Both the position numbers and the translations under genes were made by a program. Positions 32,241-64,000 of a DNA stretch of 64,000 bases are shown here, in pieces. The notes beneath the pieces are model-generated. The model searched no databases, was not told where the DNA came from, and saw only the letters and a list, made by a program, of their open reading frames with translations. Source of the DNA: the human T2T-CHM13v2.0 reference genome, Homo sapiens; the NCBI RefSeq assembly GCF_009914755.1, contig NC_060931.1; one strand, given 5' to 3'. How positions within the stretch are numbered: position 1 is the stretch's first letter; every line of letters begins with the position of its first letter.

Positions 32241-33859
32241 CACTTGGATTTTCCCTATGCCAGGTAAGGGTTTGACATTGTGAGCCCCGGTGGGTGCTTG
32301 CATTAGGGTTTTGTTGTTGTTGTTTAAGGAGCCTGAGCCGAGGGGAGTGTGAGTGCCAGCTAGCTGCTGTAACTTAAGTCTCATTTGCCCACCATTGTGA
32401 CTGTTAAAAAGGAATGATAAAGTTGTTACTGGTTGGTTTTTCGCGGTTTGGGGCGGTGGTGGCTCTCCCTCACTGCAAAATGAATGAATACTTTTCGGGT
32501 CAAGGTTAGCGTGAAAATGACAGCCCCCTTAGGCTGCCCCCTTTGGCACTGAGCTCTAGGGACACAGGGAAATAATTCCAGCCTGTTATCTGCCTGTGAA
32601 AAGTTCTTGCTTGGAAATCTCACTTTGATGTGTGTGTCTGAGCCGGGTGCTCAGTCCGGCTATTGTTTGCGAGATGGAGCCAGACCTGCCGGTGGCATCT
32701 TGTTTACTTTCTTCTCCGGCTGCTCAGTAGGGGATGGAGATTTGAAATAGTCGCCAAGCCTCTGCCACGGAGCCTGTGCTCCCCGTTGATTGCAAAGGGT
32801 AATGATTAAACAGGTCATTTGAAAACAAAAGCCAACAGCTCGGATTCTGAACCGCGCCCCCACCCCTCACACAAAGCCCCCTCTGGCTGTTGACACCTTC
32901 AGATCCTGCTTCTGCCTGCCCTCTGCCCCCCACTCCCTAGCCGGGCTTGACGTTCCAAAGCTTGGAGGTAACAGAACAGCCTTGTTTTTCCTAGCCTTGG
33001 CCCTCAGCCCTGGGCAGCCCCCTGGCTGATTTCTCGGCCACCATTCAAATGAGAATGATGACTCAGGCTGCGGCTGTGCACAGGGCCTGGGTGCTGGAAG
33101 CGGGGGCATTTGGGGGCTTCTTAGAAAGGCAGCAAAGGGCAGGGTCCCTCAGCCCCTTTCCCTTGGTGGAGAGACTGGCCTTCTTCCAGCCCCCAACTCA
33201 GGATCCCCTTTGGGTACTCATGGATAGGCGTGTCTCTGGGGTCAAGCCCCCCTGCTGGCCTCTGGGAACACAAGAAGACCTGTCCCTCAGTGGGTCCCCC
33301 TTCCTCCCTCCTGCAGAAAGCAGCCTGTCCTGTCCCAGGCCCAGGTGACCCAGCTGACTAGTCCAGTTTCAAGATGACTCAGAGGCCAAAGGCCATCGCT
33401 GTGTTTCCATGGTCCGGCCTCAGAAGGTGCGGAACATTCGTCAAATGCCTGAGGACCTGCCACCCCATGCACTCTGAGCCCAGATCATGGCTTCAGGTCA
33501 TGTGTGACCACAGCCCCCTGCCTGCCTGGCTGAGGCGAAGTCTGTCTCCTCTGGCTCACACTTCGTCCGTCTGTAAAATAGAGATAGCACTATTTGGCCC
33601 CCTCATGGACACAGAACTGCTGTGTGGATGGTGTGGGACGATTGTGGGAAATGGCTTTTTAGCAAGTGTTAATGGGTCGCAGCCTGCCGACATAGCATTT
33701 AAACTGTTTTCAATAATCAGCCATCCAGGTAGAACCCCTTAGATTGTTCCTGCAATCCCTGCCCCCAGGTGGTGACCCATAGCTCTGTCACTTCCCTCTC
33801 CAAAACCTAAGTTTAGCCCAGACTAGCACAGCATGCTCTGAGGGTCCCTGTGCCACCTG

Positions 33860-33890
<31 letters not shown>

Positions 33891-33898
33891 GAGACTGA

Positions 33899-34081
<183 letters not shown>

Positions 34082-34241
34082 TGAACTCCCGACCTCAGGT
34101 GATCCACTGGCCTCGACCTCCCAAAGTGCTGGGATTACAGGCGTGAGCCACCGCGCCCGGCCCGTTTACAGTTTTGTCAGTCACTCTATAGCATCAAATC
34201 ATTGACATGGCATTCGAGGCCCTTTGGGATCTAGATCCTGA

Positions 34242-34418
<177 letters not shown>

Positions 34419-34873
34419 TGAATCCTCATCTTTAGCCCTCCCCCAGCAAATACACAATTTCCCTTATTGTTCCCTACATACCTCTGTGCCTTTGTATCTA
34501 CCTCTCTTCCATTTGCCTGGAATATTCTCCCCCACCCACCCCTAGTAAATTCCTATTCAGTCCTCAAGAGCTAATGATAGCGCTAATGATAGCACGCTGA
34601 AACCTTCCTGAACTTTTCCCTCCGCTCCTTAGCAGGCTTAAGTCACTTCTCTCTCGTGGAGTGGAGTTGTGGAAAGGGAATGGCATTAGGAAACATTCAC
34701 TCTGTGTTGGGGTGTGGCTGGGTCCAAGGGATGCAGAGATACCTTGCCCCTTCCTCTGCCAAGCCCTAGAGCCTGGTGGAAGAGAAAGAAAGAGGCCATC
34801 ATTCTACAGCAGGGTGGAGTCAGGGAAGGGCTGGTCTAGCAGGGTACCTAGAACGCCGGGTGCCTACCTGTAG

Positions 34874-35065
<192 letters not shown>

Positions 35066-35559
35066 TAAATTTCTTGTAGCGATGGGGGTCTCACTGTGTT
35101 GCCCGGGCTGGCCTTGAACTCCTGGCCTCACATGATCCTCCCACCTCAGCCTGTCAGAGGTGCGTGCGGACATAACATTTAAACTGTTACAGGCATGAGC
35201 TTACAGGCATGAGCCATTGGCCCTTAGGGCTTTTGAAGTAGGAAAGCCAGTGGCTCACATTTGGAGTTAACTAGTTGGAAGAGAGGATCTAGACCCCAGG
35301 ACCCCCAGGTACGTTCTGTGTATTAGGTATTAAACCTGCTTTGCAAACCAGGAAGCTGGGGTTCAAAGATTAAGTGACTTGCTCAAGGTCAGGCAAGAAG
35401 TGATAGATCCGGGATTTAAATGTGCCAATCTGCACCTTTCTGGCACAAGCTCTGAGATTTTGCTATTGCAGGTTGCAAGAGATGCCCCCATTGAATGGTT
35501 ATGTCCAGCCCTTCTGTCTACAGCACAGTGTTCTGAAAGGCTTAGGAGCACAGAACTGA

Positions 35560-35712
<153 letters not shown>

Positions 35713-36830
35713 TGATCTGCTACCAGAGCTGTTTTCTTCTCCCAGGGATACTTGGTCCTTATCACTCCCATCTAGACGGTTACTTCCTTTTTTTTTTGAA
35801 ACGGAGTCTTGCTCTGTCACCCAGGCTGGAGTGCAGTGGTGTGTTCTCAGCTCCCTGCAACCTCCACCCCAAGAAGCTGGGATCACAGGCGTGCGCCACC
35901 ACGCCCGGTAAATTTTTGTATGTTTAGTAAAGACTGGGTTTCGCCATGTTTGCCAGGCTGGTGTCGAACTCCTGACCTCAAGTGATCCACCCACCTCGGC
36001 CTCCCAAAATGCTGGGATTACAGGCGAGAGCCACCGCGACCTGCTTAGACATTCTACTTCGTTAGAGCCTTAGAGCCTATCTCAGATACTTTCTTCCAGG
36101 CACCTTGCGTATTTCTCAACTTTTGCCGATAACAACATGTTATTGGCTTGTCTTTTTCTCTTACCTAGATTATCAACCTTCAAGTTTTTTGTGCATGATT
36201 TGATCCACCCCTTCCCACCACATCACCACAGTACCTACCAGTGGTGATGAGAGCTACCGTTGACTTTGCCATATTTTGCAGAGCGGTGAAGACACTAGCT
36301 TTGGAGAAGTACAATGGCAAGGTCGCACAGCTGGAAAGAAACAGAATTGGGATTTGAACCAGGTCCCGTCTCCGCTGCGTGTAGCACCCTGCTTTGTAGG
36401 CACTTAGTAAACGTCTGTTTGATGGATTTCTGACCATCAGAGTGACCCAGATTTCAACCCAAGTATTTGCCAGAGTCTCATAGGAGTGCCCTGGGGCTGG
36501 AAGATATGTCGTTGTAGAAGGCAGGATCACACCTGGTAGAAGCAGAGCCCAGCGACCCTGTCCCGGGTCTGCTGAACCAGGCCTCTGCCCAGGACCTTTG
36601 GAGGAGCATCTGGGTGTGGCTGGACTAGGCGAGGAATGTGCTTATTTATTCTCAGCATAAAGCCAGAAGGCAAGACCCTGGGTAGGTCTGTCCGATGAGC
36701 TTCCCTTGTCCTCTGTGGTAACCCTGAGGCTCTGTGACCTAGCTGAGGGCCCTCTGTGGCCCACCTCACCTTGTCTCTCCAGCCTCACCTCGAAGCTTCC
36801 AGCCACACCCTAGCGTGCCTCCAGCCTTCA

Positions 36831-37178
<348 letters not shown>

Positions 37179-37294
37179 TCACTTGAGCCCGGGAATTTGA
37201 GGCTGCAGTGAGCTATGATGGCGCCACTGCACTCCAGCCTGAGCGACAGAGACCCTGTCTCTGAAAAATAATAAAAAAAGAAGAAGAAATGTAA

Positions 37295-37501
<207 letters not shown>

Positions 37502-37624
37502 TAGTAGAGACGGGGTTTAGCCGTGTTACTCAGGCTGGTCTCGAACTCCTGACCTCAGGTAATCCTCCCTCCTTGGCCTCCGAGAGTGCTGAGATAACAG
37601 GCGTGAACCACTGCGCCCAGCCAG

Positions 37625-38085
37625 CAAGGATGCTTTGAGCTACAAACAACAGAAAGCCAGGACATAACCAATAAGAAGTTTGAACTTTGTGTGATCAGAG
37701 TTTATGGGTTGGGCTGCCCCAGGCTTGGATAACTTAAAGGCTTGATGAGGTCATCAATTTATGCTTGGCTACCCATGGCACAGAAGCATAGCCCCACTGT
37801 GATGGCTGGGGTGGCTCCGGGCATCCTGGGCAGTCAGGAGGAAACTCCATGAAGGAAGGAGCTAACCTTTCTGGGGGTACCCCTATCCCAGCACAGACTT
37901 CCTCATCTCATTGGTCAGAACTGGGTCACATGAACATGCCTCAGCCTATCACAGGCACAGGGAATGAGACCATCATGGACCAATCAGGATTCACCACTCA
38001 AGGTGGGGCCTGCCATCCGGATGGATGCTCTCCGCCACAGGGAGGTGGGGGACCCAGAAGCTGTGGGCAATGGCCATGTGCACAG
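37625..38085 (-). mobile_element. MLT1K/L-like LTR fragment
   Basis: cagcacagacttcctcatctcattggtcagaactgggtcacatgaacatgcctcagcctatcac is MaLR-type sequence. Confidence 0.65.
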
Positions 38086-38258
38086 TAGGACTGAGGCACT
38101 CAGTCCCGTAGCTGACCTACCTGGGACAGGCCTGGAGGCTGACTTAGGTGTGAGGGGCAGAGAGATTACTGTGCACAGACCGCTGTGTGACCCCAGATCT
38201 AGGTGGGATCCCGGTGTGCCCCATCTGCCTGGCTTACCCCAACCCCTCTGGAACCTGA

Positions 38259-38531
<273 letters not shown>

Positions 38532-38983
38532 TGAACTCCTGGCCTCAAGCAATCCTCTCACCTCGGCCTCCCAAAGTGCTAGGATTACAGGTGTGAGCTA
38601 CCATGCCTGGCTAATTTTTGTATTTTTAGTAGAGATGGGGTTTCAACATGTTGGCCAGGCTGGTCTCGAACTCCTGACCTCAGACGCTCCACCTGCCTTG
38701 GCCTCCCCAAAGTGCTGAGATTACAGGTGTGAGCCACCATGCTCAGCCAAGCAGCACCCTCCTTTTTGCCCATGAAATGCTGTTATCTTTAAATTCCATT
38801 CTAGAAAGTCCACTGGATTGGCAAAAACTACACAGGCAAGTATGCAGTAAGCATGGGCCCATGGAAACTTCCTGCTGCCTTCCTGGGCCGGATCTGCTGA
38901 ATGCAGGTCTCTGGTTTGTTTTGGCCTGCACTGGGTCATTCGTGTTCCTACATGCAGGAAATCTTGCAAACGAGCCATGGTGA

Positions 38984-39343
<360 letters not shown>

Positions 39344-39439
39344 TAAAATTGCAAAAAGTCCATGCAGAGCCCTCATTCCTCGCAACACATTGGGCTGAGG
39401 CCACTGTCTAATTGCAGTTTAGGGAAAGACAGGCTAGCC

Positions 39440-39918
<479 letters not shown>

Positions 39919-42039
39919 TAACTGGGAAGGCCCTGGGGCCACTGGCCAGCACCAGTTTGTGAGGGCAGAGCCAGAAAAGCCCAGGCTTAGAAGACTACAC
40001 ACACACATAATCGCATCCTGATTCTGGAAAGTGGAGATGCTGTCACTGCTCTCGCAGAATTAAGCCAAGGACCTCACCTGTCATTTAGGTGTCAGGCCTC
40101 TGGCAGGGGCAGCCAAAATGCTCTAGGACCACAGAGCTGCAAGCCAGTAAGGCTTCCTAGAGGAGGCAGCACCATCTGAGCCAAGAATGGGGTGATGGCT
40201 GGCATGAGAAAATGTCAGGAGGTGCTGGGGTTAAAGCAAGATGAGCAAGCAGGGAACAGGAGTGGGTGGCTACAGATGGATCAGGGGAGGGGTATAGGTG
40301 AAGAGGGTACGGGGTGAGCCCCAGAGCCTTGCGTGTGCCCACTCAGGACAGCCATAGTCTGCTGCTGCCCAGAGAAAGGGGCTGGCTCAACCCTAGCTCC
40401 CAAATCTTTTTCCTATGCCTTTTTCCTTTTTCCTCATCTCTTTCCTGAACTATCCAGATATCTTCCTGCCTCCTGCCTCCTGCTTCTAGGGCGGCTCAAA
40501 TGCTCATTGCTGCCCCATCCCTCTGGGCTGGAGGAGCAAACGCCTGGAGGCTGAAAGAGTAAGTTGTCTGCAGGGAACAAGCCACTGTCCTGTGGCGGGT
40601 GCAAATTGGTATGCTCTGTTCACTGAGAAACCCCGCAGTGTATACCTGCGGTAGGCAGGGCCTGATAGGAAGCGCGAAAGGAGTTTCTGTCCCGTGGGAG
40701 GAAAAGACGTGAGTCCTGTATGTTCTCCAGCAAAGGTAGAGGGTGAGAGGACCAGAGGCCCACACAGGGGGCATGGCTGGGAGTGCAGGGGCAGGGGGGA
40801 GTCTGGGAGGATGGAGGGACACAACTGGAGTGGGTGCTGGGTGGACTTCATGCATTCCTTCAGAAGCCCTGGCCACATCTCTGCCTTGTTGGTTTTGTTT
40901 GTTTTTTGAGACAGGGTCTCACTCTGTCACCCAAGCGGGAATGCAATGGCGTGATCTCAGCTCACTGCAACCTCTGCTTCCTGGGTTCAAGTGACTCTTG
41001 TGCCTCAGCCTCCTGAGTAGCTGGGATTACAGGCGTGCACCACCATGCCTGGCTAATTTTGTGTATTTTAATAGAGACGGGGTTTTGCCTTGTTGGCCAG
41101 GGTGGTCTCGAACTCCTGACCTCAGGTGATCCACCCACCTTGGCCTTCCAAAGTGCTGGGATTACAGGCGTGAGCCACCACTCCCGGCCTGAATCTTTCT
41201 TGATCAGATGTCTTCTGTCTATCCACTCTGGCTCTGTCTACTCCCTTCCCAACACATGCCCTATTTTAGGTAACCATGGTAGTTTTGTTTTGTTTTGTTT
41301 TGCTTTTGTTTTTGGAGATGGAGTTACACTCTGTTGCCCAGGCTGGAGTGCAGTGGCACGATCTCGGCTCACTGCAACCTCTGCCTCCTGGGTTGAAGTG
41401 ATGCTCCTGCCTCAGCCTCCTGAGTAGCTGGGGTTACAAGTACCACCACCATGCTCAGCTAATTTTTTGTATTTTTAATTTAGATGGGTTTTCCCAGGTT
41501 GGACAGGCTGGTCTTGAACTCCTGACCTCAAGTGATCTGCCCGCCTTGGCCTCCCAACGTGCTGGGATTACAGGCATGAGCACTGCGCCTGGCCAACTGT
41601 GGTAGTTTTTAGATTTTTTGTACAGAGGGGGTCTCACTCTGTTGTCCACGCCGGTCTCAAACTCCTGACCTTAAGTGATCCTCCCGTCTTGGTTTCCCAA
41701 AGTGCTGGGATTACAGGCATGAGCCACTGCTCCCAGCTGCTGGTGGTTTTAAAAGCTAGGATTGGCTGGGCGCAGTGGCTCACGCCTGTAATCCCAGCAC
41801 TTTGGGAGACCGAGGCGGGCGGATCACAAGGTCAGGAGATCGAGACCATCCTGGCTAACACGGTGAAACCCCGTCTCTACTAAAAATAGAAAAATTAGCC
41901 AGGCGTGGTGGCGGGCGCCTGTATTCCCAGCTACTCAGGAGGCTGAGGCAGGAGAATGGCGTGAAGCCGAGATCGCGCCACTGCATTCCAGCCTGGGCGA
42001 CAGAGCCAGACTCCATGTCAAAAAAAAAAAAAAAAAAAG

Positions 42040-42496
42040 CTGGGATACCTCCACCCCCCTCTCCTTTAAATGTCTGTCTTGGCTACTTTCTTCTAAGTCA
42101 CTAGGAGATGGTAAAAGCAATACCATGAGACTTCCGAGGCTAGGGCACGAAAGGATGGCTTCTGCGTGGTGCTCCCTCTCTCCCAGATCCCTTGCTCTGT
42201 AGGAAACCAACCCCCAAGGCCTGAAGACACCCAAGCAGCCCCATGGAGAGGCCCATATGGAGAGGAACTGAGGCATCCCACCCCCAACCGGCAGAGCGGG
42301 GCTTTGAAAACAGATCCTTCCGCCCCAGGCAAGCCTTCCAATGGATTGCAGCCCCAGCCAATGCCTTGAACTGCCAAGTTCAGCCACACCTAAATTCCTA
42401 ACCCATAGGAACTGTGAGAGATAATAAAAGTTTGTTGTTGTTTCAAGCCACTAAGATCTGGGGTAATTTGTTATGTAGCAACAGATAAGGAATGAA
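42040..42496 (+). mobile_element. MLT1F-like LTR
   Basis: 3' end aattcctaacccataggaactgtgagagataataaaagtttgttgttgtttcaagccactaag...taatttgttatgtagcaacagataa. Confidence 0.8.
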
Positions 42497-42860
42497 ATGA
42501 CCCTGCCATTTATCATTGAGATGGGAATAAACTTTTTTTAGAATAGCAGGAAGTACTTTAAATAATTACTAGATTGGCCAAGCACAGTGGCTCACGCCTG
42601 TAATCCCAGCACGCCTGTAATCCCAGCACTTCAGGCTGATCGCTTGAGCTCAGGAATTGGAGACCAGCGGAGGCAACATGGTGGGACCCCGACTCTGCAA
42701 AAAATACAGAAAAATTAGCTAGGCATGATGGCGCCTGCCTGTGATCCCAACTACTCAGGAGGCTGAGGTGGGAGGATTGCTTGAGCCTAGGAGGTAGAGG
42801 TTGCAGTCAGCCGAGATTGCACCACTGTACTCCAGCCTGGACAACATAATGAGACCCTGT

Positions 42861-42926
42861 CTCCTCCTCCTCCTCCTCCTCCTCCTCCTCCTCCTCACCA
42901 TCATCACAATAATAACAACAACAACC
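42861..42926 (+). repeat. (CTC)12 grading into ACC/ATC/AAT/AAC triplets, in place of an Alu A-tail
   Basis: Direct inspection. Confidence 0.9.
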
Positions 42927-43146
42927 TGCAGACAATAGGGCAAACCTGACCATGTGATCACCCTACCTTTAGTCCAGCCAGAGAAGTCTTGTGAGTCCTT
43001 AAACCTAACACAGACACTTCTTGAGGTCGGCTTCAGCATCCTCTCCTCCAGGAAGCCACCCTGGTGCCTGGTGAGTGGCTTCCTGGGATCACCCATGCCT
43101 CAGTGTGCAGGATGAGAGGGCTGGTCCTGATCCCCTTCTGTCCTCA

Positions 43147-43508
<362 letters not shown>

Positions 43509-43698
43509 TCAAAAAAAAAAAAAAAAAAAACACCTTGTAAAAGGTTTAATTGGTCTCTTCTGAGCCTGCACACGGCTGGAAAGGTTTTCTCTTATAACAG
43601 ATCTGCAGTATGAAAAACCAGCCCAGTTGCATCCGTTCTGGGCCAGTGGGATTCTGGGTGTCCAAGGTCCCTGTGGGCCATCCACGGTGCTAAATTGA

Positions 43699-43887
<189 letters not shown>

Positions 43888-44384
43888 TAGTAGAGACAGA
43901 GTTTCACTGTGTGAGCCAGGATGGTCTCGATCTCCTGACCTTGTGATCTACCCGCCTCAGCTTCCCGAAGTGCTAGGATTACAGGCATGAGCCACCGCAC
44001 CTGGCCTGAAAAAAATTCTTGAGACAGGATCTCACTGTGTCACCCAAGCTGGAGTGCAGTGATGCAATCTCAGCTCACTCCAGCCTCGATTTCTCAGGCT
44101 CCAGCAATCCTCCCTGCCTCAGCCCCACTGAGTAGCTGGGACTGCAAGCACTCGCCACTACACCCAGATAATTTTTGTTTTTTTTGTAGAGATGGGGTCT
44201 CACTATGTTGCCCAGGCTGGTCTCGAACTCCCGGGCCCAAGTAATCCTCCTGCCTCAGCCTTCCAAAGTGCTGGGATTACAGGTGTGAGCTACAGCGCCT
44301 GGCCTAAATGGAAAACTGGTGTCTAGGTGCCATATTCTCAGGCTTGCCCTCACCATAACACATTGAACATACTCCAACCTCTGA

Positions 44385-45208
<824 letters not shown>

Positions 45209-45210
45209 GA

Positions 45211-56040
<10,830 letters not shown>

Positions 56041-56372
56041 GGATTAATCTCAAAAATAATTTATTGAGCAAAATAAACCAGGCAGAAAATAGGACATAAT
56101 GTGTGTGTTTCCATGGATTTGAAGCACAAAACAGACACAGTGAATCCACGGCACTAGAGACTAGAGCAGTGGCTGCCTCCAGTTGTTGGGAAAGGAGCAC
56201 GGAACACTTTCTGCAATGATGGGAATGTCCAGTATACTTATCAGGGTGCTGGTTAAATGGGGGATATACACTTGCCAAAAGTCATCTAATTGCCCACCTG
56301 AAAATCTGTACATTTTGTTATAGTAAGTTATGCCGCAATTGTAAACGCTGAGTTTGGGGTTAAAAAAAAATA
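56041..56372 (+). mobile_element. L1ME-like 3' end
   Basis: aatctcaaaaataatttattgagcaaaataaaccaggcagaaaataggacataatgtgtg...ctgtacattttgttatagtaagttatgccgcaat. Confidence 0.75.
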
Positions 56373-56433
56373 CACATCTATAAGAAACCATGACCCAAGC
56401 TCAGATTTTATCTCATTAAAAACATGTTTTGGT

Positions 56434-64000
<7,567 letters not shown>

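Noticed and set aside
34570-34593. 12-bp tandem duplication gctaatgatagc
   Set aside because: An ordinary slippage duplication with no further structure.
44060-44068. Perfect C/EBP-ATF4 amino-acid response element TGATGCAAT (also TGATGCAAG at 46924-46932)
   Set aside because: Attractive for this pathway, but the perfect copy is a mutated Alu position and a 9-mer is roughly expected by chance in 64 kb on two strands.

Overview
This is primate (very probably human) genomic DNA dominated by Alu repeats (roughly half or more of the window by eye), interleaved with old L1, MaLR/ERV LTR, MIR/L2 and hAT DNA-transposon fragments. The only real gene signal is a CpG-island promoter (~30.7-32.0 kb) and coding exon 1 (31320-31432, MELHILEHRLQVASVAKESIPLFTYGLIKLAFLSSKTR, donor AG|GTAAGC) of CASTOR2 (GATSL2). 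CASTOR2 is a GATOR2-binding mTORC1 regulator in the duplicated 7q11.23 region. Positions 1-30.7 kb appear intergenic and 31433-64000 is intron 1; I did not find exon 2 (RCKFFSLTET...) in the window. Nearly all other ORFs in the track are Alu, low-complexity or GC-rich artefacts. I found no convincing new multi-gene system. The best leads are: (1) an Arg-codon-rich uORF overlapping the CASTOR2 start, one base away from fusing into the main frame; (2) a templated insertion copied from 1.5 kb upstream into an intronic Alu; (3) repeated reuse of the same L1-endonuclease target sites, seen as triplicated TSDs; (4) an old local tandem duplication; (5) several non-B-DNA or microsatellite tracts. Repeat subfamily names come from recalled consensus sequences, and repeat boundaries are approximate unless TSDs are given.
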